From Camelus dromedarius (taxonomy: Eukaryota): 64,000 bases of DNA. Position 1 is the first letter of the stretch. Each line of letters opens with the position of its first letter. Of this stretch, positions 1-12,452 are shown in pieces. A program made the translations under genes and the position numbers. The stretch spans positions 20,152,001-20,216,000 of the forward strand of contig NC_087437.1 in the NCBI RefSeq assembly GCF_036321535.1, given 5' to 3'. The notes beneath the pieces are model-generated. The model searched no databases. It was given only the letters and a program-made list of their open reading frames with translations, and was not told the DNA's origin.

Positions 1-300
1 GTATATGTTATATAACCCAAAATAGCCAACATTATCATTTCAATATTTTATCAAATAGGAAATTATCAAGGAGAAATTTTACATTCTATTTTTCATTTTT
101 AAAAGTCTTTTCAATTCATATCCAGCCAGACTTAACAAATTTTCCAGTAACTGTATTGCGTATCTGCCCTTAAATTTGCATTTAAAATGATAAAAATTAG
201 ATCAAATTAAAAATCCAGTTCCTTGGCCCTACCAGCCACATTTCAAGCATTCAAGAATCACACTGTGGGTAATAACTTACACATTGAAAAGTACAAGGCA
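1..300. mobile_element. hAT-Charlie MITE remnant (MER3/MER33-like)
   Basis: aaattaaaaatccagttcc...cagccacatttcaagcattcaa resembles the recalled MER3/MER33 terminal segment (CTAGCCACATTTCAAGTGCTCAA). Confidence 0.55.
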
Positions 301-972
301 GAGCATTCAACATGTCATTCTTTGAAGAGAAACTTTCATTCCGTGTCTATCCAAGTCCGTAAAACACTGTAGATGAGAAGAATTCAGAATAAAGTAGAGG
401 AAAAAAACAAATTAAAAAAAAAAACTGGGTTTAAACCTCTGACTGGTTCAGTCTTGATGCTGTATAAGAGACCTCTGGACATGGAGAAAAAAGGGACAGG
501 AAGAGATTCCAAAGGGTTTAGCTGTCAGCTTGATTGATACCGACTCTAGGTGAATAGTCATGGTTAATTGAGGAGGCCGCACTATTCAGCCCCTGTATCT
601 TGAGAACTCATTAAACTCAAACACCTTTAGTTATTTGATCCAATGTGTAGCTTCTATTTCTGAGACCCAGTTGAGAGCTCCAGGAGAGTAAGGACAGAGT
701 CTTAGGCTTCTGGGGACCTCAGCACCTAGTAAGATTCCCTCCCTGCAGGAAGCAGATTCTTTCAGCACTTTTGTCGATGGAGGTAATGGGACAGCAGTAA
801 AGGGCCAGTATATTTGTTTGGGACTTTTTCACTCTCCAGGAAGCTTCGACATCTGTCATTTCCCCCTAAAAGACAGGAAGGAGTTAGCTGAGCTAGATTC
901 CAGGTAATGACTGAGAAGTGGATCTGCCTCACCTGTATCCAACAGCTATGGGCAAACAAGACCCCTTTATTT

Positions 973-1005
973 GTGTGTGTGTGTGTTTGTGTGTATGTGT
1001 GCGTG
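973..1005. repeat. Imperfect (TG)n microsatellite
   Basis: Direct reading. Confidence 0.9.
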
Positions 1006-1017
1006 TTATAATGTTTT

Positions 1018-1196
1018 CTCTTTTTCTTAATGAAGGACAATTGATTTAGAATATTGTGTTAGTTTCAGGTGCCAACTGATTCAGTTATACATATATATGT
1101 ATATATATGTATCATTTTTTCCATTCTTTCTCATTATAGTTTATTATAAGATATTGAATATGATTCCTGTGCTATACAGTAAATCCTTGTTATTTT
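1018..1196 (-). mobile_element. 5'-truncated L1 3' end (cetartiodactyl type), antisense
   Basis: Contains gatattgaatatgattcctgtgctatacagta, the reverse complement of the L1 3' UTR at 2320-2355; likely TSD gtgttataatgtttt (1003-1017) / gtgttgtaattgtttt (1197-1212). Confidence 0.8.
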
Positions 1197-1245
1197 GTGT
1201 TGTAATTGTTTTGTTTTGTTTTGTTTTGTTTTTTTATTTCAGAGC

Positions 1246-1281
1246 TTTTTTTTTTTTTTAGTTGAAGTATAGTCAGTTTAC
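1246..1281 (-). mobile_element. Very short L1 3' tip with polyT tail
   Basis: T-run then agttgaagtatagtcagtttaca, the reverse complement of the L1 terminus tgtaaactgactatacttcaa. Confidence 0.65.
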
Positions 1282-2007
1282 ACCTTCATTTTTTAATCAG
1301 ATTCTCTACCCCTATTTGACAGGTCCCCGTTCCTGCTTGGCAGTGTGCCAGGTATTTATCCCCATCTGATAATTGTATCTGGGCCAGTAATTTTTGAGAC
1401 ACAGGGTTTAAAGCACTCTTTTGTCAAATATTAAAGACACCATCACTGTCCTGGTCAGTGCAGTTTCCTTGCTCCCTCCTTCTCCTATCCCCTGCACACC
1501 TAAGCAGAATGATGGACACCTCAGGACCAACCAGTGAGGTCAGCAGGAGGGCTGGAAGTCACTGACACTAGCAAGGGCACAACAGTGGAAGTAGGAAAGA
1601 GCCCATCTGGTCTGGCCTGCCATCACTTTCTGCTGACTGCCTCATACAGCTATGGTGAGAGTTAAATTATAGAGCTTTACACAAATCACTCAACCCAGTT
1701 GATGCCATAGCAAATTCTCAGTTTAAGAAAGAAAAAAGTACCACTCTGATTATAATATGATGACCACAGGGAGATGGCTTTGTCCCCATTTCAAAAATGG
1801 GCAAACGGAAGTGTGGAAAAGATGAACTTTATTAAAGTTTCAGAGAAGACAAGTGAAGAATCAAGGTTTGAATCGAGGTTTATGTGATTCTTAGGCTCTG
1901 ACCTATACTACCCTCCTGCTATGAATAGAAGCATGAAACACTATTGTAAAGAGAAAGACATGAAGAAAGAAGTTGTGAGATACACACACACACACACACA
2001 CATGCCT

Positions 2008-2490
2008 GCACAATGGAATACTACTCAGCCATAAAAAAGAATAAAATAATGTCATTTGCAGGAACATGAATGGATCTGGAGACTGTGAAGTGAGCCAGAA
2101 AGAGAAAGAAAAATACCATATGATACCACTTTTATGTGAAATCTATAAAAAAGAAGAAAAAGGACACAAATGAACTTATTTACAAAACAGAGACAGACTC
2201 AGAGACATAGAAAACAAATCTGTGGTTACCAGGGGGAAAGGATGTGGGAAGGGGTAAATTGGGAGTTTGAGATTTGCAAATACTAACTACTATATATAAA
2301 ATAGATAAACAACAAGTTTCTACTGTATAGCACAGGGAACTATATTCAATATCTTGTAGTAACCTCCAATGAAAAAGAACATGAAAAGGAATATATGTAT
2401 GTATATGAATGACTAAAACATTATGCTGTACACCAGAAATCAACCCAACATTGTAAACTGACTATCTTGAATAAAAAAGAAAAAGAGAAA
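2008..2490 (+). mobile_element. L1 3' portion (end of ORF2 plus 3' UTR and A-rich tail), camelid/cetartiodactyl type; preceded by (CA)n at about 1982-2002
   Basis: aatggaatactactcagccataaaaaaga (ORF2 C-terminal MEYYSAIKK), gtatagcacagggaactatattcaata, ending cattgtaaactgactatcttgaataaaaaag. Confidence 0.9.
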
Positions 2491-4604
2491 GGGTAGTATT
2501 CAGAGGACATGGTCTCATCTCAGCAGTTATTTAAGCTGAAAGACTTTCTTCCTTGCAGCTACAGCATTCCTCTGTGTTGGCTACAGGACAGCCACAACTG
2601 ATTCTGGAAGGATTTAGGAGCGAGTTTGACTGGTCCATCATCACAACCCCCCAAACAGACACCTACTGCAGCCTTGGCAGGCAGTACTGTATTGACTCAG
2701 CTCTGTGCATCTGCCTCCTTCTCTGCTCCACGAAGACAGAGCTGATCTCTGGTTCATCCAAACCACCCACCCCTGGCCAGGCATGTCACCGCATACAGCG
2801 AAGCAAGCTACTTGTTTTCACTGTAGCCCTAAATAAATGTCTGCTTCATTGTAAATGCCCAATAAATGTGAGCTACAGTGAATTTTATTAATTACATATT
2901 AATAAATTAATTAATTTATAATTTTATTAATTATATATTCATTTTCTTCTTACTATTTTTTTTTATGCCCCGGGAAGGTTTGCTGAGAGAATAATGAACA
3001 CAGCACATTTTTATACCTGGAGTCCTTCACTTCCAGACCGTGGGCCCCAGCCAGACCAAATGACCTCCCAACATCTCTTCAGGCTTTTTTTGATCCCGTT
3101 GGGACCAGCTGAGCCCTGGGGACCTCTCCAGATCTCTCAGCATATACTTTAGTTGCTACGTCATTTATTGTTTCAACAAATGTCACCAAAGAAGAAATAA
3201 CATGCTTTGTCTTCATTGGGGATTTTTTTAAGCAACAAAGTAACCGTGCTATGTTAATCTTCCAAAAGGAGGGGTTTTTGATCTCAGCACAAAGCTTCAG
3301 GAAAACAACTTTTTAAATCAAAGAGTATGTTTTATTTTTACTCAGTACTAAGTAGACAGAAAGCTATAAATGGTAACACCCCCACCCCCCACTTTGGTTT
3401 CTAACAGAAAAAAGTACATTGCCAATATGCATCTAGTAACTCGCCGGCAGGATTTATTATCATTGCAATAATACAAAGTAGATAGACCTTTACGTTTTCC
3501 AAAGTTCTTCCACATTTAGTGTGTCATTGTGGCCTCACGGTACTTTGGGGATTAGGCATGGCTATATCCCAGTTGTAATGAAAAGGAACTTGGGAGCTGC
3601 CCAGGGTCATACAGCTGAGAAGAGCAGAGCTGGGACTCAGACCAAGGCCATTTGCTTGCCTTGATTGGCCTGTCTGAGATCTCCCTGGCATCCAGACACA
3701 TGACGGAGCAGCCAAGTTCAAGGACGCTCCATTGAATATTTCCCTTTACTTTCTACTTTTAGAGGTTCAAGTTTTTAACTGAAGTGGGGGGGCTTAAAAT
3801 CAATTTTTTTTTTTTTGTAAATATTGATTTCTCAGTTCAGCCCTAATTTGATATTGTGGACATGATTACCTCTTGATGTGACTTACATTTGCCCTTTCCC
3901 ATTATATTGCACCCGAAGTGACTAGAGAGGACTCCATGCAGAGGTGTACACTTTAAGAAACTCACCTGCCCAGCCCTCCGGCGGTGTGCTCAGTGTTCAC
4001 TGCCTGCAGGTGTGTGTGCTGGGAGGACAGGGTGTGCAGCTGAGAGCAGGTGGTACCACCCTCCCTCTGGAAGGACCTCACCAATCTGGTGGAGAAGCCT
4101 TTACAAGACCTATCATTTTCCTCAAACCTGGAGTCAAGAACCTGGCCCGCTGTTGGCTCCAACAAGACTAGCTGCAGCTTGGGATAGAGTTTTTCTCAAG
4201 GGGAAGCTACATTCATTTCATGGTTCTTGGTATATAAGACTGATTTGTACCCTTGACTCTAGCCCAATAATGGCCATCAGCAACCTCTGCTCACTGTGAG
4301 GAGCAAAGTCAAACAGACAGACAACACCCCTGCCCCCCAAAAGCTCTACCCATGAGGCAGTACTGGCCGAGACTTTGTAAACGCACAAGATGCGGTCTTT
4401 AGGCAACGATAGTCAGGAAAATAAAGATGTGTAAGCGTGGCTGAAGTGTAAGGTACTTCGAGGAGCCAGGCTGGTTTTTAATGACGCATGTGACATACGT
4501 TCAAAATATTTCTGGTGGTGAAATGATCTCCACATTCGGCCTCTTCCATTCTCACACATGAGAGGGAGTTTGCCAGAAGTATGTGAGTTTTCTTCAATAT
4601 AATG

Positions 4605-4840
4605 GCAATGATAAGAGCTAATGCTTACATAGTACTTAACTTCATGCCAGGCATTGATAAGTGCTTTGCATGTATAGGCTCATTTAATCTCAACAGTCAA
4701 TAATACTATGAGGTAACTATTACAGTATCACCCCATTTTGTGGATGAAAAAGTAGAAGTGGAGAGATAAGTGAGTTTCCCAAGGTCCCACAGCTAGTTGA
4801 TAGAGGTAGAATTCAAGTCCAGTCTGACTCCAGAGCCAGA
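4605..4840 (-). mobile_element. MIR SINE
   Basis: ccccattttgtggatgaaaaagtagaagt...cccaaggtcccacagctagt...cagtctgactccagagcc is the reverse MIR core. Many further MIR fragments exist (e.g. about 1750-1910, 6460-6600, 9695-9870, 31480-31600, 42340-42480, 44060-44225, 59075-59295). Confidence 0.85.
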
Positions 4841-5059
4841 TGTGAAGCATCCGTGCTTGGATGCAGATGCGGAAATGAAGTTCCCAGACCCCAGCACTCT
4901 GTGGACATCAAACTCTGCCTAGTTACCCGCACCACAAATGCCCCAGCTGTGCGATACAGAGAAAATTGTGTTGCTCTGAGATTGGAAGTATTCTGAGAGG
5001 TGATGGGTGATTTCGAGTATCAGGGACAGGGTATGGAATCATGATCTGGGTGGAAACTA

Positions 5060-6429
5060 TATTATAAGCTTTTGGGTTTCATGACCCCTTTATGCTCTTA
5101 AACATTCTTAAGGACCCTCAAGAGCTTTTGGCTAGGTGGGTGCTATCCATCAATATTTACTGTGTTAGAAAGTAAAACTGAGAAACTTGCAAATGCTTAT
5201 TTATTAATTTATTTTAAAATCACCATAGTAAATTCACTACATGTTACATATCACGTAATTTAACCAAAAATAATTTTCCGAGACAAAATTAGTATGAAGA
5301 GTGGCATTATGTACACTTTTGTAATCTCTTCAGTGTCTAACAGAGGACAGCTAGAACCTCATAGCTTCTCTGCCCTCAATCTGTTGTGATATGTTGTTTA
5401 GGTCAAAGTAGGTGAATAAAAAATACAGCCTCCCCCAGGTGTATCATTGGAAAAAGGAGGAATCTTTTAAGTTTTTCAGATAATTTCAGCTATCCTTCTC
5501 TGATACGACACAAGAACTCCATAAGTAATCGTTTCTTAAAGTTTAGCTACAACAATCTGAAAGCACATTGATAAACTTATTCTCCACTCTTACATCAAAA
5601 TCCATTGATCCATTTCACACTTTGAATGAATCTGTTACCCATATGTTCTGCATAACTGTATGCATTAATCATTTGGAAGATACCAATTTATTGTTAAGCA
5701 GATCTTTCAGAAGTTCACCTATTTCATTATACAATATCAAACAGTCACGTTCATTAATATCATGACTCATCTCATCGGGAAAGTATTTAAAGCCTTGGTA
5801 CATTGTCAGACTCGCTGTGGCAGACACAGATTTTCCAAAACTGAAGTCTCAAATGTATCACTGGCAACAAATACTACTAGTTCTTTTCCTTCAAGTTGAC
5901 AGGCTTACTTTAAAAGAATGTCTGCCACACACTCAAGTTTGAATAAACGTAGTTTGTCTGTCAATCGCTCTTTCAAGTAAAAACAGCATCCCCTACAAAA
6001 AGGTCCTAGCACAGCTCCCACTCAACTTAAATGACACAAATGCTTTGCCTAGAGACAAACCAGCATACATTTGCTACACAACGATGCTTTATGTGTATTT
6101 TTTATTTTGTCACAAAGTATGAAAATATATGTACTCAAGGATTGAGCTTTAATAAAACTGGTAACGTTTACTGCATCATTAAAGCCTCTCTCAAGTGAAA
6201 CTGGCCTTACTTCTTTCTCTATTTTTACTGTGACTGTATGTCGCGTAGAATATAAAGGCACCAGCCCTTCCAGTCATTGTTGCTTTTATACCATCAGTGC
6301 AAAGATCAACGCAATGAAAGGGGCAAATAACAGCTTAATGTTAAGATGATGATAACTCTGACTCTGTGGACCCACAGAAAGGGTCTTGGGGATGTCAGGG
6401 GTCTACAGACCACACTCTGAGAACCCCTC
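5060..6429. mobile_element. Charlie1a-like hAT DNA transposon fossil (about 1.37 kb) with degenerate transposase remnant on the - strand
   Basis: Left end ttttggg..gacccctttatgctcttaaacattcttaaggaccc..aagagctttt and right end gaaagggtcttggg..gggtctacagaccacactctgagaacc match recalled Charlie1 termini. ORF 6049-6261(-) FNDAVNVTSFIKAQSLSTYIFILCDK..THKA resembles the hAT transposase AVKIVNFIKARPLNSRLF..LC..HK segment. Confidence 0.8.
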
Positions 6430-7949
6430 TCTTAGAACATCACAGTGATGAGCCACACGAAAGAACAAAGAAGGCCCTGGATTTAGATTCAAAGAGTCTA
6501 GATACCAGTCCTCGATCTGTGCCTTCCTATCAAAGCGACCTTGAGTGAACCACTTAATCTCTCTGAGACTCAGTTTCCTAATCTGACAAATAGAATCAAC
6601 ACAGTCTGTTGTTCAAGGGTAGGAACAAGACACATTCTCAAAGTCAATTTCGTTCATTCATTCATCAATGTCATTCATTTCCTCCACAATTCTAGGGGAG
6701 GAATGTAGAGACAATTACACCAGTTTCTGCAGGTGGGTCGGGAGATGCGTTACTACAGAGGAAAAGGTAATTGTGAGATAGAGACGGGTGACTGAGGGGC
6801 TGGGACCACTGCAGGTCTGGCCCGTCAAGGGGGCTCATAGTGAAGCCACGATCTTAAGCCACAGCCACTGTGAGATGCTACTGGCCCCATTTCCCCTCAG
6901 AGCCTGGTACTGGTCCAGAGTGCAGGTGCACTGTGCATTGTACCCCCGTACCTAGTCCCTGGCACACCAGCTCTCCCACCCGTAAAAGCAGATTGGAGAA
7001 CAAGATTTTAAAAGTGATATTTTTATATGGAAACTATTAGGTCTGGTCATTTACTTTTAAGTACATCACCCTCCCACTGCAGTGCTTTACTAGTAATCAC
7101 AAATTCTAGTGACAGTCCTCACGAAAAATCGAGACAGCCAAATGTGTCACACACGGACGCTGGGAACTGCAAGTTTGAAATCTCCTTCCTCCTCCAGACC
7201 CCATACCAAGACATTTCCTCTGTCATCTCTCTCTCAACTTGCTGTGTTTTTCATTTGCTATTTTATGTCATTCTAAGTAAAGAAAAACTAAAATTTTTAA
7301 TTATTAGCAGGGATTTTACCATTTATCTGTATACCATGCAATGCCAGTTTTCAGTGCAAGTAGAGGAGCCATTAAGTGCTGTGCAGAATCTCTGAAAACG
7401 ACAGAATTTGCATGTCGCCATAGCTCACGTATGCATATGCATTTAATTTTTTACCAAAGCATCGAGAATGCCACACAAACCGTACTCAACTGTTTCCATT
7501 TCACTTCCTGACACGCGCATCTTCTACCAATGTTCTCTGCCTTTAGCTTGCTGATAGTAAGGACGGTGCAAAAAGAAAAGGCAGGATGGGTGGTTTTATC
7601 TTTCCTTTTCCTCTCTGTCTGTTTTCAGCACAGGTGGCTGGCTACTACAGAGAAGTAACATGAGTAAGAAAGGATACGACGAGGTTCTTTGGTTGGTTGA
7701 TCATGATTCTTTAGACCCCCTTACCTTTTTTCTGTGTTCAAAACAGTTTGGTTCAAACAGGACAGGTAGCCTCTGTCAGGGCTGTCAGCTCCCCGCTTAC
7801 TCAATTACTCAGTCGTGGAAGTCACGTGCTTCTCACGGAGTCCCTCTGACCTCCCCCACACCCCGGGTCCACAGGAGTGCTGTGCTCTTGACATATCCTG
7901 AACACTAGGTGTAAACGGGGAGCGAGGAACAGGGAGGCGTGCATATTAC

Positions 7950-8118
7950 ACCCAACTCCTATGCCCAGGACATGTTCCATTGTCCCATCGGACTTCATTT
8001 ACAAAACCCAAGTTCAAAGATGAAATTATTAAGAATTTCAACATGACGACAGCAGAGCCCTCTTGAGCACGAGGTTCCATGTGGCTCCCTGGTTGCGCAT
8101 CCATAAAGCTGGTCCTGC
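7950..8118. mobile_element. MER45-family (hAT-Tip100) fragment
   Basis: aaattattaagaatttcaacatgacgacagcagagc...ataaagctggtcctg matches recalled MER45 end. Related copies at about 40563-40695 and 48770-48900. Confidence 0.7.
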
Positions 8119-8229
8119 TCCATTGTCTCTACTCCTGCCACACAGGCCTCTGTAGTCCCTTGTCCCTTCCTGCTGGAGGGCACTATGGTGTGCTACCCCT
8201 CAGTTCCTTCCCGCGGGACCTGGATGTCT

Positions 8230-8530
8230 CCCTCTGTCTCTTCCTGTGATCTCAGCTCAGCCATCACATCCTGAGGTTAGACCTCCCCACCCTGCCTGAC
8301 CAGGTTGAAATTCTCCTCATACCAAGTAGCCCTCCCTCCACGTTAAGTAACACAGTTGCCATCCTTCATGAAGGTGGGTGATTGACTGCTTACTTCCCTC
8401 CCCCACTGGACGGTCAGCAGCTCATAGGCCAGGACTGGGTCGATTTTGTTCATCACTGTTTCACCAGTGCTGGGCCCATAGTCCCTAATAAATATTTATA
8501 AGGTGAGTGAATGGGTGAATAAACGAACGG
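8230..8530 (+). mobile_element. L2 LINE 3' end
   Basis: ccccactgga..ttttgttcatcactgtttcaccagtgc..aataaatattt..gaatgggtgaat. Other L2 pieces at about 10270-10410, 11630-11940, 20870-21010, 39705-39965(-), 45575-45800(-) and 57360-57505. Confidence 0.7.
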
Positions 8531-10729
8531 ATTCTTTTTCAACTAGAACACAAGTGTCAGGTGAAGAGCTGGAATAAATAAAGGTGACGTGTGCTCTAGT
8601 TTTTATTCACAGGGACTAGATCTGATCTCAGTTTGAGCTGGTGCAAACCAAGTGAGCATGGCATCCCCTTGTTCATTTCACTGTCTCTTCTAGACGGTAA
8701 TGAACACTCGAGGATTGGGTATCCTTATGTCTTGAGGAATCCAGGTCATTTCCTTTGTGTTTCTGGCCCCAGCACATCACCTCACATTTATTCTACTCTC
8801 GAAGAATACTGGTACTGTTGAGTTGATTGAGCTGGATTTAGCTTAATAAAAATATGTCGCCCTAAGTTTTACTTTAGCTCACCCTCCTCTGGTGTTTCCT
8901 CTTCTCCTTCCTCCTTTTCCTTTTCTTTTTTTCCTCTCCTTTCCTCTTGTTCAGGATTTCTGAGTCTTGAGAATTGCTTTAGTGGTGATCAAATGTCTCC
9001 AACAGAAAAATAACCCTCATTTACTTTTGGTTTAACCGGATTCTTCAAAAAGAAATGGCCTGGCTCGTCTTAGAATCACGGCAATCTTAGGGACCTCGAG
9101 AGAACACCCCAGAACCAGTCTGAACACCTTCGCTGCTAATATTCCCATATCGGCATTGATCTCGGGATAGAATCATGAGGCAGGCACTTCAGAAGTTCAT
9201 GCCCTCAACCCCAGCCAATTCAGAGCAGAAAGGAAACTTGAGGATGGGATGAAAGCCGTTCCCCTGCCCTGAAGGCTGCAGAGCTAGCCGTGTCCGAGAG
9301 GCTGTACAGACAGCCCTGAGCAGCGGCGGCAGAACGAGAACCAGCCTTCTTGTTAGAGCCTGGCCCACAGCCTGGCTGTCTTGTCCATAATTCCTCAACC
9401 ACATTTGAGAAATGGCCAGGAGGGGATGTAGTGAAAATGGAGTGTTCATAATGAAACTGAGGATCGATGAAATAATAAAAAACAAAAGCCTAAAGGTAAA
9501 ATTGGTATTGATTGACCATCTCAGAAAACATTGTTAGTAAAAGATCAGGACACACTTCCTATATGTAAAATGGGGGCTTTCTCTCTCGAGCGAGACTTGA
9601 GCGGAAATACTGAATGCTCCTGGAAGCAGTCCCCGGGGTGGGCCCCTTATACGTTCTGAGGCTGCTTGGAGATGGTGCAGCAGGGGAGGGACATGGAGTT
9701 AGGAGTCAATTACACCCGGGGTTTTTATGCCAACTTTAACTCTGTGACCTTGAGCAAGTAATAACGCCTCTGATACTTTTTTTTTTTTTAAATCTGTACA
9801 AATTGGTATAAAACATCTGCCTTGCAGGTTTGTTGTGAAGATTAAATGAGACCATGTGGGTGGAGGTACAAAGCTTGATGCCTGACCCAGAGTGGCATGC
9901 AGTCATGTCCTCCTTTCTCCTCACGGTGGTCATTCTTTGGAACAGCTGGGCAGGTGCCTGGTCACCTTGAGAATGAGGACCCCCTGAACTGTACTCTGTA
10001 GACACCTCACCCTGGTCCCAGCAGTGCAGCGGGGGCAGTGTCAGACCAGGGTTGGGGCGTATCAGGTAGACATTGTCTGCACAATGCCATCTTCTGGGCC
10101 TCTTCACAGGTGACAATTAAAACCTGGAGAGTCAATATAATTTGACTGAATCAGTGAGTAAGTGGTGAACCTGGAACAACGTGACTCAGGCCCTTGGCCT
10201 GAGTTTCACTCCCCCACTGCCTATAGCTGAACCCCTGCTGCCCACATCACCCCTTTGCACCATGAATGATCTTTCTGGACATCTACCCATCGTCTCCCCA
10301 ACAAGTCTGTAAGCTCCCTCAACCCAGGAAAACAATGTGTCTCAATTCTTCCCAGGGCACGTACTACAGGGTTTACCATTGGGGTTCAAGAAATAAACAT
10401 CCAACAGTTGAGAAAAAGAACATATTTTCATAGACTTTTCATTTGAATGCAGAGAAATTGTTATAATACACATCAACCCAGGTGAGGGAGAGAGATGCAT
10501 TCATTTCACATGTCTGGCCCTTTAAGCTTTTCAGGCTCTGCGGGGACTCTGGAACTCACATAGACTCACCCCCAACTGTTTGGAGAGAAAGTAGCAACTC
10601 TGAGTGGCATCCCCCTCTGCACAGAGAAGTGGTGGGTGAGAGACATGAATGGGGTTGGGGGGAGCACAGGGGGAGGGGGCTGCAGCGAAGTGGGGTGTAA
10701 ACCAGGAGTAAAGGACAGAGCAGAGCAGG

Positions 10730-10890
10730 GCTGCTTGCACCCACTGAGCAAACAGATCACCTGGGGACCCCGTTAAGATGCAGATCCCACCTCAGGCGGT
10801 GTGGGCGGGACCTGGGAGTCTGTATTCCTAGCAAGCTCCCAGGGGATGCCCAGGCTGCTGCTTCACAGAGCACACTTTGAAGTAGCAAGG
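10730..10890. mobile_element. MER5A-type hAT-Charlie MITE
   Basis: atcacctgggga..ttaagatgcagat..gtctgtattcctagcaagctcccagggga..cacactttgaagtagcaagg. Similar fragments at about 38030-38250 and 60485-60620. Confidence 0.75.
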
Positions 10891-11297
10891 ATGCTGTCAT
10901 GCTCTATCAAAAGACCGTGAAAAGCTTTGGCCTTTTTCTCTTTTCCTCTGCAGTGATTTGGCTTTTCACTGGGGGCAAATTCCTTAATCTCAGCCTGGCT
11001 AGAGGGCAATCAGGAAACCTGCTAGGGAAAGTGGCAAACTGGGATAACCAGCCAGCTCCCCTACATAATAACTCCCTCTTTTTCCTGCCGGGTACACCTG
11101 ATGGTGACATTTCGATTTTACCATCCAGGAAATGAACATGTCGTTCTGGGTCTCCGGAGGCCACTTCTGGTTTGATGGTTGTCTACGTGAAAGAGATGGC
11201 CTGGGGATGTTGGGTTTGCAAATCGGGTCCATTCGAAGCTCTCTGTTCAGTCTGGCAGTTCTCAAGATCCCCCTGTCTGTACTCCATCCTTCTGCAG

Positions 11298-11493
11298 GGG
11301 AAATTTGCGCATTCAAGATCCATGGCCAGGAGCTGCCCTTCGAGGCTGTGGTGCTCAACAAGACATCAGGAGAGGGCCGGCTCCGCGCCAAGAGCCCCAT
11401 AGACTGTGAGCTGCAGAAGGAGTACACGTTCATCATCCAGGCCTATGACTGCGGTGCGGGGCCCCGGGAGACGGCCTGGAAGAAGTCGCACAA
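11298..11493 (+). CDS. CLSTN2: Calsyntenin-2 coding exon (probably exon 3), cadherin repeat 1; 196 bp, phase 1-2
   Basis: Acceptor ccttctgcAG ends 11297; donor GTgagt starts 11494. Translates (G)EICAFKIHGQELPFEAVVLNKTSGEGRLRAKSPIDCELQKEYTFIIQAYDCGAGPRETAWKKSH(K), matching recalled CLSTN2 protein; has cadherin AYDCG motif. Confidence 0.97.
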
Positions 11494-12243
11494 GTGAGTA
11501 GCCTGACTGAGCTCCATGGACCCCTCCCCGCTTGCCCGCTCATCTCCGTTCACATGCTGCTCTTTAGATATGCATGCCCAGTGGTCATACCAGGCTGCTG
11601 TAGCCTGCCCGACTGCTTGCCAGGCCCTGCCAGCATCAGCCTGGGCCACTTTCTACACCTGGAATACTCTACCCCTCTGTGTCATGTGAAGATACTCCTA
11701 TTTTACCATCAGGACTGAGTTCAGGTGTCACTTCCTCCAGGAAGCCTTCCATGAGCCAGCCCATCCCTGCAGACCTGGTTGGGGCCTTTGCCCCCGGGGT
11801 CATTGCCAGGCCACCTGCTTCTCTATGTCACAGCACTTTCATTTTGGGTTGTAACCCTCTCCCATATAGAGTTTGGCTCAGCACCTAGCCCAGAGTAAGA
11901 GCGGTTCGGTTCTTGCTGGATGGAGGAGTGAATGAGTAGGCGAGGAGTGAAAGAGGAACAGGGAGCTGATCTGGAGGCAATTTGTTGCCTAAAGCCAGGT
12001 GACAAGGAAGGTCGAAGAAGGGGAGGCATCTCTCTGGGGTGGGCTCATCTCAGAGAATGGGGCACGGATAGGTGGAGGGGTCTCCATGGGAGGGAGGACA
12101 GAGCACTCAGACCACAGCCGCCCAACTGGCTTGTGGTTTCTCCACTCCCTAATCCTTAGAAACCGAGTCAGTGCCCATTAGGGGTGTGGGAAGATGGTGT
12201 GATTCTTTCCTTACCACCACTTCTTTCCTGCGCATGCTCCCAG

Positions 12244-12452
12244 GGCTGTGGTCCATATCCAGGTGAAGGACGTCAATGAGTTCGCTCCTGCCTTCAAAGA
12301 GCCAGCCTACAGGGCCGTCGTGACGGAGGGCAAGATCTACGACAGCATCCTGCAGGTGGAGGCCGTCGACGAGGACTGCTCCCCCCAGTACAGTCAGATC
12401 TGCAACTACGAAATTGTCACCACTGATGTGCCTTTTGCCATCGACAGAAACG
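12244..12452 (+). CDS. CLSTN2: Calsyntenin-2 coding exon (probably exon 4), cadherin repeat 1-2 linker and repeat 2; 209 bp, phase 2-1
   Basis: Acceptor ctcccAG ends 12243; donor GTgagt at 12453. Translates AVVHIQVKDVNEFAPAFKEPAYRAVVTEGKIYDSILQVEAVDEDCSPQYSQICNYEIVTTDVPFAIDRN with Ca-binding DVNEFAP and AVDED motifs; frame joins previous exon (AA|G = Lys). Confidence 0.97.
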
